This document shows positions 19,416 to 31,631 of a DNA stretch of 64,000 nt, one piece after another; positions within the stretch are counted from its first letter, which is position 1, and the number at the start of each line of letters is the position of its first letter. The stretch lies in the NCBI GenBank assembly GCA_032718475.1, contig JAUCBJ010003790.1:108028-172027 (forward strand). Direction: 5' to 3'. This stretch comes from Nemertoderma westbladi. Its lineage: Eukaryota > Animalia > Xenacoelomorpha. The position numbers and the translations under genes are program-made. Below the pieces are notes generated by a model that was given only the letters and a program-made list of their open reading frames with translations, ran no database searches and was not told the origin of the DNA.

Positions 19416-22400
19416 TGGTAGAATTCCCGACTCTGACTCACCTGGTAGAATTCCCGACTCTGACTCACCTGGTAGAATTCCCGACTCTGACTCACCTGTT
19501 AGAATTCCCGACTCTGACTCACCTGGTAGAATTCCCGACTCTGACTCACCTGGTAAAATTCCCGACTCTGACTCACCTGGTAGAATTCCCGACTCTAACT
19601 CACCTGGTAGAATTCCCGACGCTGACTCACCTGGTAGAATTCCCGACTCTGACTCACCTGGTAGAATTCCCGACTCTGACTCACCTGTTAGAATTCCCGA
19701 CTCTGACTCACCTGGTAGAATTCCCGACTCTGACTCACCTGGTAAAATTCCCGACTCTGACTCACCTGGTAGAATTCCCGACTCTAACTCACCTGGTAGA
19801 ATTCCCGACTCTGACTCACCTGGTAGAATTCCCGACTCTGACTCACCTGGTAGAATTCCCGACTCTGACTCACCTGGTAGAATTCCCGACTCTGACTCAC
19901 CTGGCAGAATTCCCGACTCTGACTCACCTGGTAGAATTCCCGACTCTGACTCACCTGGTAGAATTCCCGACTCTGATTCACCTGGTAGAATTTCCGACTC
20001 TGACTCACCTGGTAGATTTCCCGACTCTGACTCACCTGGTAGAATTCCCGACTCTGACTCACCTGGTAGAATTCCCGACTCTGACTCAACTGGTAGAATT
20101 CCCGACTCTGACTCACCTGGTAGAATTCCCGACTCTGACTCACCTGGTAGAATTCCCGACTCTGACTCACCTGGTAGAATTCCCGACTCTGACTCACCTG
20201 GTAGAATTCCCGACTCTGACTCACCTGGTAGATTTCCCGACTCTGACTCACCTGGTAGATTTCCCGACTCTGACTCACCTGGTAGAATTCCCGACTCTGA
20301 CTCAACTGGTAGAATTCCCGACTCTGACTCACCTGGTAGAATTCCCGACTCTGACTCACCTGGTAGAATTCCCGACTCTGACTCACCTGGTAGAATTCCC
20401 GACTCTGACTCACCTGGTAGAATTCCCGACTCTGACTCACCTGGTAGAATTCCCGACTCTGACTCACCTGGTAGAATTCCCGACTCTGACTCACCTGGTA
20501 GATTTCCCGACTCTGACTCACCTGGTAGATTTCCCGACTCTGACTCACCTGGTAGAATTCCCGACTCTGACTCAACTGGTAGAATTCCCGACTCTGACTC
20601 ACCTGGTAGAATTTCCGACTCTGACTCACCTGGTAGAATTCCCGACTCTGACTCACCTGGTAGAATTCCCGACTCTGACTCACCTGGTAGATTTCCCGAC
20701 TCTGACTCACCTGGTAGAATTCCCGACTCTGACTCACCTGGTAGAATTCCCGACTCTGACTCAACTGGTAGAATTCCCGACTCTGACTCACCTGGTAGAA
20801 TTCCCGACTCTGACTCACCTGGTAGAATTCCCGACTCTGACTCACCTGGTAGTATTCCCGACTCTGACTCACCTGGTAGAATTCCCGACTCTGACTCACC
20901 TGGTAGAATTCCCGACTCTGACTCACCTGGCAGAATTCCCGACTCTGACTCACCTGGTAGAATTCCCGACTATGACTCACCTGGTAGAATTCCCGACTCT
21001 GACTCACCTGGTAGAATTCCCGACTCTGACTCACCTGGTAGAATTCCCGACTCTGACTCACCTGGTAGAATTCCCGACTCTGACTCACCTGGTAGAATTC
21101 CCGACTCTGACTCAACTGGTATAATTCCCGACTCTGACTCACCTGGTAGAATTCCCGACTCTGACTCACCTGGTAGAATTCCCGACTCTGACTCACCTGG
21201 TAGAATTCCCGACTCTGACTCACCTGGTAGAATTCCCGACTCTGACTCACCTGGTAGAATTCCCGACTCTGACTCACCTGGCAGAATTACCGACTCTGAC
21301 TCACCTGGTAGAATTCCCGACTCTGACTCACCTGGTAGAATTCCCGACTCTGATTCACCTGGTAGAATTCCCGACTCTGACTCACCTGGTAGATTTCCCG
21401 ACTCTGACTCACCTGGTAGAATTCCCGACTCTGACGCACCTGGTAGAATTCCCGACTCTGACTCACCTGGTAGAATTCCCGACTCTGACTCACCTGGTAG
21501 AATTCCCGACTCTGACTCATCTGGTAGAATTACCCGACTCTGACTCACCTGGTAGAATTCCCGACTCTGAGTCACCTGGTAGAATTCCCGACTTTGACAC
21601 ACCTGGTAGAATTCCCGACTCTGACTCACCTGGTAGAATTCCCAACTCTGACTCACCTGGTAGAATTCCCGACTCTGACTCACCTGGTAGAATTCCCGAC
21701 TTTGACACACCTGGTAGAATTCCCGACTCTGACACACCTGGTAGAATTCCCGACTCTGACTCATCTGGTAGAATTACCCGACTCTGACTCACCTGGTAGA
21801 ATTCCCGACTCTGACTCACCTGGTAGAATTCCCAACTTTGACACACCTGGTAGAATTCCCGACTCTGACTCACCTGGTAGAATTCCCGACTCTGACTCAC
21901 CTGGTAGAATTCCCGACTCTGACTCACCTGGTAGAATTCCCGACTCTGACTCACCTGGTAGAATTCCCGACTCTGACTCACCTGGTAGAATTCCCGACTT
22001 TGACACACCTGGTAGAATTCCCGACTATGACTCACCTGGTAGAATTCCCGACTCTGACTCACCTGGTAGAATTCCCGACTTTGACACACCTGGTAGAATT
22101 CCCGACTCTGACTCACCTGGTAGAATTCCCGACTCTGACTCACCTGGTAGAATTCCCGACTCAGACTCACCTGGTAGAATTCCCGACTCTGACTCACCTG
22201 GAAGAATTCCCGACTCTGACTCACCTGGTAGAATTCCCGACTCTGACTCACCTGGTAGAATTCCCGACTCTGACTCACCTGGTAGAATTCCCGACTCTGA
22301 CTCACCTGGTAGAATTCCCGACTCTGACTCACCTGGTAGAATTCCCGACTTTGACACACCTGGTAGAATTCCCGACTATGACTCACCTGGTAGAATTCCC

Positions 22401-22763
22401 GACTCTGACTCACCTGGTAGAATTCCCGACTTTGACACACCTGGTAGAATTCCCGACTCTGACTCACCTGGTAGAATTCCCGACTCTGACTCACCTGGTA
22501 GAATTCCCGACTCAGACTCACCTGGTAGAATTCCCGACTCTGACTCACCTGGAAGAATTCCCGACTCTGACTCACCTGGTAGAATTCCCGACTCTGACTC
22601 ACCTGGTAGAATTCCCGACTCAGACTCACCTGGTAGAATTCCCGACTCTGACTCACCTGGTAGAATTCCCGACTCTGACTCACCTGGTAGAATTCCCGAC
22701 TCTGACTCACCTGGTAGAATTCCCGACTCTGACTCACCTGGTAGAATTCCCGACTTTGACTCA
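19416..22763 (-). repeat. 27-bp tandem array made of the CUL3 exon-4 end plus splice donor
   Basis: Minus-strand unit GTGAGTCAGAGTCGGGAATTCTACCAG, about 124 copies; the first copy is the exon end encoding SQSREFYQ. Confidence 0.96.
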
Positions 22764-22933
22764 GGAATGGATTTTCGAACTCCCGTTCGTAAACTTCCCG
22801 ATTATCGACCCCCAGTACGATTAACATCTGACAGGCGTTACGGATGGCCATTCTGTCGATAAGTTCCCCAAGTCGTTCACGCGATACCATATCGAGTAAA
22901 GTAAATTGTAAGTGTTCGCGTATCGTGCGGTAA
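22738..22933 (-). CDS. CUL3: Cullin-3, coding exon 4
   Basis: tcgcag|T TAC...TAC CAG|gtgagt, 196 nt. Encodes [37 protein letters not shown]...[14 protein letters not shown]. The end is placed at the first donor because that preserves collinearity with CUL3 (SAEFFQ|MESQ). Confidence 0.9.
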
Positions 22934-23518
22934 CTGCGACAACAAGATATAAGTAATTGATTAACTAAGAACTTATCCCCCGGCGGTGAAAAACTATACG
23001 GTAGATGTAAAATTAGTACAAACGATGAATATACTGAACCAGATGAGCCCAGCTCTACCCTGCAGAAGCCTCGTGTTTCTATCCTCGGGGTAGCGTTTAA
23101 ATCAATTGACTTGTATTCAAATCTGGCGCAATATAGAAAAGTGTACAAAATCAAGCAAAACCGTGAGTCCATCTCCATATGGTGTAATTACTGGTTTAGA
23201 TTTTCATGAGGAATCTGGGAAACCATGTTTGATAAACCCTATCTGTAAATGTGGACGGAGCGTAATTTTTTGACAAAAGGTGCAGTTATAAGGAGCTCTA
23301 TAGTTTCTATCGGGTCTGTATAAGTATAAGAGTTAACAACACACAAGAGATCCTGGAACACTTTATTTTATACCGCACACCTATAATGTACCCAATGGAA
23401 AAAATATTTAATAAATCACTCAGCTGTAATACACAAAAACAATTATCCAAATTCATCGAAGAGTTTTGAAGTTTTGTGGGTTTGAAGGACTTCGGATCGG
23501 AAGATAAAAGCATAAACC

Positions 23519-24831
23519 GTCCCCTCCTGTAACCAGCGTTACAGCCAATAGCATTGCATATAATTGGTGCTTCAACCAGTCCCCTCCTGTAACCAGCGTT
23601 ACAGCCAATAGCATTGCATATAATTGGTACTTCAACCTGTCCCCTCCTGTAACCAGCGTTACAGCCAATAGCATTGCATATAATTGGTACTTCAACCTGT
23701 CCCCTCCTGTAACCAGCGTTACAGCCAATAGCATTGCATATAATTGGTACTTCAACCTGTCCCCTCCTGTAACCAGCGTTACAGCCAATAGCATTGCATA
23801 TAATTGGTACTTCAACCTGTCCCCTCCTGTAACCAGCGTTACAGCCAATAGCATTGCATATAATTGGTACTTCAACCTGTCCCCTCCTGTAACCAGCGTT
23901 ACAGCCAATAGCATTGCATATAATTGGTACTTCAACCTGCCCCCTCCTGTAACCAGCGTTACAGCCAATAGCATTGCATATAATTGGTACTTCAACCAGT
24001 CCCCTCCTGTAACCAGCGTTACAGCCAATAGCATTGCATATAATTGGTACTTCAACCTGTCCCCTCCTGTAACCAGCGTTACAGCCAATAGCATTGCATA
24101 TAATTGGTACTTCAACCAGTCCCCTCCTGTAACCAGCGTTACAGCCAATAGCATTGCATATAATTGGTACTTCAACCAGTCCCTTCCTGTAACCAGCGTT
24201 ACAGCCAATAGCATTGCATATAATTGGTACTTCAACCAGTCCCCTCCTGTAACCAGCGTTACAGCCAATAGCATTGCATATAATTGGTACTTCAACCTGT
24301 CCCCTCCTGTAACCAGCGTTACAGCCAATAGCATTGCATATAATTGGTACTTCAACCAGTCCCCTCCTGTAACCAGCGTTACAGCCAATAGCATTGCATA
24401 TAATTGGTACTTCAACCTGTCCCCTCCTGTAACCAGCGTTACAGCCAATAGCATTGCATATAATTGGTACTTCAACCAGTCCCCTCCTGTAACCAGCGTT
24501 ACAGCCAATAGCATTGCATATAATTGGTACTTCAACCAGTCCCCTCCTGTAACCAGCGTTACAGCCAATAGCATTGCATATAATTGGTACTTCAACCTGT
24601 CCCCTCCTGTAACCAGCGTTACAGCCAATAGCATTGCATATAATTGGTACTTCAACCAGTCCCCTCCTGTAACCAGCGTTACAGCCAATAGCATTGCATA
24701 TAATTGGTACTTCAACCTGTCCCCTCCTGTAACCAGCGGTACAGCCAATATCACTGCATATAATTGGTACTTCAACCTGTCCCCTTCTGTAACCAGCGTT
24801 ACAGCCAATAGCATTGCATATAATTGGTACT
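23519..24831. repeat. 60-bp tandem repeat (CUL3 intron 3)
   Basis: About 22 near-identical copies of CCCCTCCTGTAACCAGCGTTACAGCCAATAGCATTGCATATAATTGGTACTTCAACC(T/A)GT. Confidence 0.97.
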
Positions 24832-25024
24832 AGTGAAATAATATCAGTTCTAAATTCGTCCTTGAAAATGCTTTTAATTTGATGTATAATGTTCATACGC
24901 AGCATTTATAATGTTGGTTTGGCAGTGCCAATCGTACGATAAAACGTCCCCCACCTGTAACCGCCTGTAACCTGGTTATCGTTACATTTACATGGAAGTT
25001 ACATTTAGTTTGCTGTACATTTAG

Positions 25025-26561
25025 GCTACAAAGAGCATTAAGACCAATCGTGCCAGTGGAGTAGATGGTGTTCCCCCTGAGGTCTTTAAAATACCTGAGT
25101 GTTTAAAGCTCATCTATCCCATCATAGTAGACATGTACCGAACAACAAGAGTCCCACAAGAAATGAAAACAAATAAGTTGGTGCCAGTTCCCAAGAAGGG
25201 CAACCTAACACTCTATGGTTCTTTTCGGGGAATCTCATTGATCTCGATTGCTGCAAAGCTATACAATAGAATTCTATTAAATCGCATCAGGGATCCCATT
25301 GAGAGACTGCTCCGTGGAAATCAGAATGGGTTCCGTAAAGGTCGTGGGACCATGGAGCCCATTTTGGCACTTAGAAGGATAATTGAAGAGTTATCAAAAA
25401 AGAAAGACAGGCATCTGGCTGTTATCTTTGTTGACTTCTTCAAGGCCTTTGATTCAGTCTCTCGCTCACGTATGTTCAGCATACTTTCATTATATGGGAT
25501 TCCTGATGAAATTATTGCAGCAATCAGATCAGTATACGATGGTTCGACAACATTTGTGTCTACTGTTGATGGTGACACAGAACCATTTGAAGTGTTATGG
25601 GGCGTCCTCCAAGGAGACACACTTGCACCATTCTTGTTCATAATTGTTGTTGACTATGTTCTACGCATGTCCTTAGATCATCATAATGATGATGGGGTGA
25701 TGATAACTCCACCTACTGGCTCCAGAAGTCGAGGAAATACTGCCAAGTACCTAACTGATCTAGACTTTGCTGATGACTTAGGAGTACTCTCAGCGGCTCC
25801 TCAGCTCATTAGAACATGCTGCTTCTAGTGTTGGTCTTTTTATTAACTCCCGAAAGACCAACATTTTGACAGTTAACTTTGAAAGTCCTCAGCAAGTCTC
25901 TGATCGGATAAGCATAAGCTCAAAGGATGGTATGCTTGAGCATGTGGACGACTTCTGTTACCTGGGATCATGGATCCGGAAGTCAGGTGAGGACCTTCGA
26001 ATACGTAAGGGAAAGGCATGGGCAGCCTTGAATAGGCTTTCCAGGATTTGGAAGTCACCGAGAATTAATCGGAAACTTAAGGTCCGGTTATTTAGAGCAG
26101 CAGTAGTTCCAGTACTCCTCTACGGGAGTCCATGCTGGGCTCTAACTGCTGAGGACACCAAATCTCTGGATGGCACATTCACAAGAATGCTACGCCGGGT
26201 TCATTGTATCAAGTACAATGCACACATCTCCAACCAGACACTATATAACATTGGAGGTGTCTCGTTGGTTCCCCCAAAATCCCCCACTTGAACAAAGCCG
26301 CCTCCGCTTTGCAGGACATTGCTTTCACCTTGAGGACCAGCCAGTGCATAATCTTGTACTTTGGCAGCCTCATGGAGTGAATAAGCATGGTAGAAAGCCC
26401 ATGACTTTCTTGAGACGCATCTTAAAGGGCACTGGCCTTGAAGATGCGGATGATCTAGCAAATGTCATGGGTGATAGGGAGTTGTGGCGGTGCAATTTTG
26501 TCGATAAGCCGGCACAGCATTCTTAAAAATGCAGCTGCAATGCAGCATGCCGATCCTAGTA
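25025..26561 (+). mobile_element. 5'-truncated, frameshifted RTE-type LINE, copy 1
   Basis: RASGVDGVP, FRGISL, NQNGFR, FVDFFKAFDSV, LQGDTLAPFLF, DLDFADD, YLGS, RLRFAGHC; TAGTAG tail. GTACATTTAG flanks both sides (25015-25024, 26562-26571), a candidate target-site duplication. Confidence 0.92.
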
Positions 26562-26592
26562 GTACATTTAGTTTGGCCACTTTGTTGTAGAT

Positions 26593-29500
26593 GCGGTGCT
26601 CTATCTGTACAGGAAGCCGCGGGTTCGAGTCCGACAGGGAGCAGAGTAGTAGCGCGGTGCTCTATCTGTACAGGAAGCCGCGGGTTCGAGTCCGACAGGG
26701 AGCAGAGTAGTAGCGCGGTGCTCTATCTGTACAGGAAGCCGCGGGTTCGAGTCCCACAGGGAGCAGAGTAGTAGCGCGGTGCTCTATCTGTACAGGAAGC
26801 CGCGGGTTCGAGTCATACAGGGAGCAGAGTAGCAGCGCGGTGCTCTATCTGTACAGGAAGCCGCGGGTTCGAGTCATACAGGGAGCAGAGTAGCAGCGCG
26901 GTGCTCTATCAGTACAGGAAGCCGCGGGTTGGAGTCCGACAGGGAGCAGAGTAGTAGCGCGGTGCTCTATCTGTACAGGAAGCCGCGGGTTCGAGTCCCA
27001 CAGGGAGCAGAGTAGTAGCGCGGTGCTCTATCTGTACAGGAAGCCGCGGGTTCGAGTCCCACAGGGAGCAGAGTAGTAGCGCGGTGCTCTATCTGTACAG
27101 GAAGCCGCGGGTTCGAGTCCGACATGGAGCAGAGTAGTAGCGCGGTGCTCTATCTGTACAGGAAGCCGCGGGTTCGAGTCATACAGGGAGCAGAGTAGTA
27201 TCGCGGTGCTCTATCTGTACAGGAAGCCGCGGGTTCGAGTCCGACAGGGAGCAGAGTAGTAGCGCGGTGCTCTATCTGTACAGGAAGCCGCGGGTTCGAG
27301 TCCCACAGGGAGCAGAGTAGTAGCGCGGTGCTCTATCTGTACAGGAAGCCGCGGGTTCGAGTCCCACAGGGAGCAGAGTAGTAGCGCGGTGCTCTATCTG
27401 TACAGGAAGCCGCGGGTTCGAGTCCGACATGGAGCAGAGTAGTAGCGCGGTGCTCTATCTGTACAGGAAGCCGCGGGTTCGAGTCATACAGGGAGCAGAG
27501 TAGCAGCGCGGTGCTCTATCTGTACAGGAAGCCGCGGGTTCGAGTCCCACAGGGAGCAGAGTAGTAGCGCGGTGCTCTATCTGTACAGGAAGCCGCGGGT
27601 TCGAGTCCGACATGGAGCAGAGTAGTAGCGCGGTGCTCTATCTGTACAGGAAGCCGCGGGTTCGAGTCCCACAGGGAGCAGAGTAGTAGCGCGGTGCTCT
27701 ATCTGCACAGGAAGCCGCGGGTTCGAGTCCGACAGGGAACAGAGTAGTATCGCGGTGCTCTATCTGTACAGGAAGCCGCGGGTTCGAGTCCCACAGGGAG
27801 CAGAGTAGTAGCGCGGTGCTCTATCTGTACAGGAAGCCGCGGGTTCGAGTCCGACATGGAGCAGAGTAGTAGCGCGGTGCTCTATCTGTACAGGAAGCCG
27901 CGGGTTCGAGTCCCACAGGGAGCAGAGTAGTAGCGCGGTGCTCTATCTGCACAGGAAGCCGCGGGTTCGAGTCCCACAGGGAGCAGAGTAGCAGCGCGGT
28001 GCTCTATCTGTACAGGAAGCCGCGGGTTCGAGTCCGACAGGGAGCAGAGTAGCGCGGTGCTCTATCTGTACAGGAAGCCGCGGGTTCGAGTCATACAGGG
28101 AGCAGAGTAGTAGCGCGGTGCTCTATCTGTACAGGAAGCCGCGGGTTCGAGTCATACAGGGAGCAGAGTAGTAGCGCGGTGCTCTATCTGTACAGGAAGC
28201 CGCGGGTTCGAGTCCGACAGGGAGCAGAGTAGTATAGCGGTGCTCTATCTGTACAGGAAGCCGCGGGTTCGAGTCATACAGGGAGCAGAGTAGTAGCGCG
28301 GTGCTCTATCTGTACAGGAAGCCGCGGGTTCGAGTCCCACAGTGAGCAGAGTAGCAGCGCTGTGCTCTATCTGTACAGGAAGCCGCGGGTTCGAGTCATA
28401 CAGGGAGCAGAGTAGCAGCGCGGTGCTCTATCTGTACAGGAAGCCGCGGGTTCGAGTCATACAGGGAGCAGAGTAGCAGCGCGGTGCTCTATCTGTACAG
28501 GAAGCCGCGGGTTCGAGTCATACAGGGAGCAGAGTAGCAGCGCGGTGCTCTATCTGTACAGGAAGCCGCGGGTTCGAGCCCCACAGGGAGCAGAGTAGTA
28601 GCGCGGTGCTCTATCTGTACAGGAAGCCGCGGGTTCGAGTCCCACAGGGAGCAGAGTAGTAGCGCGGTGCTCTATCTGTACAGGAAGCCGCGGGTTCGAG
28701 TCCGACAGGGAGCAGAGTAGTAGCGCGGTGCTCTATCTGTACAGGAAGCCGCGGGTTCGAGTCATACAGGGAGCAGAGTAGTATCGCGGTGCTCTATCTG
28801 TACAGGAAGCTGCGGGTTCGAGTCCCACAGGGAGCAGAGTAGTAGCGCGGTGCTCTATCTGTACAGGAAGCCGTGGGTTCGAGTCCCACAGGGAGCAGAG
28901 TAGTAGCGCGGTGCTCTATCTGTACAGGAAGCCGCGGGTTCGAGTCATACAGGGAGCAGAGTAGTAGCGCGGTGCTCTATCTGTACAGGAAGCCGCGGGT
29001 TCGAGTCATACAGGGAGCAGAGTAGTAGCGCGGTGCTCTATCTGTACAGGAAGCCGCGGGTTCGAGTCATACAGGGAGCAGAGTAGTAGCGCGGTGCTCT
29101 ATCTGTACAGGAAGCCGCGGGTTCGAGTCCCACAGGGAGCAGAGTAGTAGCGCGGTGCTCTATCTGTACAGGAAGCCGCGGGTTCGAGTCCGACAGGGAG
29201 CAGAGTAGCGCGGTGCTCTATCTGTACAGGAAGCCGCGGGTTCGAGTCCGACAGGGAGCAGAGTAGTATCGCGGTGCTCTATCTGTACAGGAAGCCGCGG
29301 GTTCGAGTCCGACAGGGAGCAGAGTAGTAGCGCGGTGCTCTATCTGTACAGGAAGCCGCGGGTTCGAGCCCCACAGGGAGCAGAGTAGTATCGCGGTGCT
29401 CTATCTGTACAGGAAGCCGCGGGTTCGAGTCATACAGGGAGCAGAGTAGCAGCGCGGTGCTCTATCTGTACAGGAAGCCGCGGGTTCGAGTCCCACAGGG

Positions 29501-31034
29501 AGCAGAGTAGTATCGCGGTGCTCTATCTGTACAGGAAGCCGCGGGTTCGAGCCCCACAGGGAGCAGAGTAGTATCGCGGTGCTCTATCTGTACAGGAAGC
29601 CGCGGGTTCGAGTCCCACAGGGAGCAGAGTAGTAGCGCGGTGCTCTATCTGTACAGGAAGCCGCGGGTTCGAGCCCCACAGGGAGCAGAGTAGTATCGCG
29701 GTGCTCTATCTGTACAGGAAGCCGCGGGTTCGAGTCATACAGGGAGCAGAGTAGCAGCGCGGTGCTCTATCTGTACAGGAAGCCGCGGGTTCGAGTCCCA
29801 CAGGGAGCAGAGTAGTATCGCGGTGCTCTATCTGTACAGGAAGCCGCGGGTTCGAGCCCCACAGGGAGCAGAGTAGTAGCGCGGTGCTCTATCTGTACAG
29901 GAAGCCGCGGGTTCGAGTCCCACAGGGAGCAGAGTAGTATCGCGGTGCTCTATCTGTACAGGAAGCCGCGGGTTCGAGTCCCACAGGGAGCAGAGTAGTA
30001 GCGCGGTGCTCTATCTGTACAGGAAGCCGCGGGTTCGAGCCCCACAGGGAGCAGAGTAGTAGCGCGGTGCTCTATCTGTACAGGAAGCCGCGGGTTCGAG
30101 TCATACAGGGAGCAGAGTAGTAGCGCGGTGCTCTATCTGTACAGGAAGCCGCGGGTTCGAGCCCCACAGTGAGCAGAGTAGTAGCGCGGTGCTCTATCTG
30201 TACAGGAAGCCGCGGGTTCGAGCCCCACAGGGAGCAGAGTAGTAGCGCGGTGCTCTATCTGTACAGGAAGCCGCGGGTTCGAGCCCCACAGGGAGCAGAG
30301 TAGTATCGCGGTGCTCTATCTGTACAGGAAGCCGCGGGTTCGAGTCCGACAGGGAGCAGAGTAGTATCGCGGTGCTCTATCTGTACAGGAAGCCGCGGGT
30401 TCGAGTCCCACAGGGAGCAGAGTAGTAGCGCGGTGCTCTATCTGTACAGGAAGCCGCGGGTTCGAGTCCCACAGGGAGCAGAGTAGTAGCGCGGTGCTCT
30501 ATCTGTACAGGAAGCCGCGGGTTCGAGTCCGACAGGGAGCAGAGTAGTAGCGCGGTGCTCTATCTGTACAGGAAGCCGCGGGTTCGAGCCCCACAGGGAG
30601 CAGAGTAGTATCGCGGTGCTCTATCTGTACAGGAAGCCGCGGGTTCGAGTCCCACAGGGAGCAGAGTAGTATCGCGGTGCTCTATCTGTACAGGAAGCCG
30701 CGGGTTCGAGTCCCACAGGGAGCAGAGTATTATCGCGGTGCTCTATCTGTACAGGAAGCCGCGGGTTCGAGCCCCACAGGGAGCAGAGTAGTATCGCGGT
30801 GCTCTATCTGTACAGGAAGCCGCGGGTTCGAGTCCCACAGGGAGCAGAGTATTATCGCGGTGCTCTATCTGTACAGGAAGCCGCGGGTTCGAGCCCCACA
30901 GGGAGCAGAGTAGTATCGCGGTGCTCTATCTGTACAGGAAGCCGCGGGTTCGAGCCCCACAGGGAGCAGAGTAGTATCGCGGTGCTCTATCTGTACAGGA
31001 AGCCGCGGGTTCGAGTCCCACAGGGAGCAGAGTA
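26593..31034 (+). repeat. 61-bp tandem array of a tRNA-like (SINE-head-like) unit with a Pol III B-box
   Basis: Unit GCGGTGCTCTATCTGTACAGGAAGCCGCGGGTTCGAGTCCCACAGGGAGCAGAGTAGTAGC, about 73 copies. GGTTCGAGTCC fits the B-box consensus GGTTCGANNCC. Confidence 0.9.
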
Positions 31035-31141
31035 ATTTCGGCACGAATGCTTTAAAGGATCATCTCTGACTTGGATCCTTAAGTGGTAGCTAAATGGGTA
31101 CTGAAGTTTCCTCTGGGAGTATAGTTCTGGGGGGGACTGAC

Positions 31142-31335
31142 CTGACGACCTGGTCACGGAATATCGCGAGTCCGAGATTATAAACATTGTCGACTTGGTT
31201 CTGCTGTACGTAGACCCGATCCATGTACATGAGTATATCCCGGATCATTACCATCGCGGTTTGGTGGTCAGTCCAGCACAGATGCATCGTATACAGGAAG
31301 TTGTTACTAACGCTGTGTAAAACCTCCTCCTTCAC
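31142..31335 (-). CDS. CUL3: Cullin-3, coding exon 3
   Basis: ttttag|GTG...GTC AG|gtcagt, 194 nt, ends in phase 2. Contains [26 protein letters not shown]. Confidence 0.95.
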
Positions 31336-31433
31336 CTAAAATAAAGTTACAAAGTTACATTACAGGTGACGCCATCAGCTGTAAGCCCCGCCCCCCCCCC
31401 CCCCCCCCCAAATTAATGACACTAATCACTAAC

Positions 31434-31631
31434 TCTATTGCACATATGTTCGGTAACAACTTCCCGCAACCCGTTGTATAATTTATCGCCGTGTTTATGT
31501 AACACCATGGTGTACGCATTGCGGTACAACTCCTCGAAACTCAGTCCGCTGTTGTTCTTCTTCTGTATTTCGAGGATGGCGTGTTTCAGGAGAATCCAAA
31601 TAGTGTCTACGTACTTCTCGTCCATGGTCAT
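31434..31631 (-). CDS. CUL3: Cullin-3, coding exon 2
   Basis: ttttag|ATG...AGA|gttagt, 198 nt. Encodes [62 protein letters not shown], the BTB-adaptor-binding region of CUL3. Confidence 0.96.

Noticed and set aside
18112-22862. ORFs such as [18 protein letters not shown] and DSDSPGRIP repeats
   Set aside because: A 27-bp unit stays open in several frames on both strands. Only the CUL3-frame extension is kept as a hypothesis.
22934-23178. N-terminal part of the 553-aa track ORF (MEMDSRF...)
   Set aside because: Lies upstream of the cgcag acceptor and has no cullin similarity; it is intronic read-through.
23307-24905. 532-aa and 453-aa ORFs over the 60-bp array
   Set aside because: Unit length is divisible by three, two overlapping frames are open, and there is no flanking domain or exon evidence.
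26593-31034. CRISPR array or tRNA gene cluster
   Set aside because: No unique spacers, no cas genes and a eukaryotic context. The 61-bp unit lacks a complete cloverleaf.
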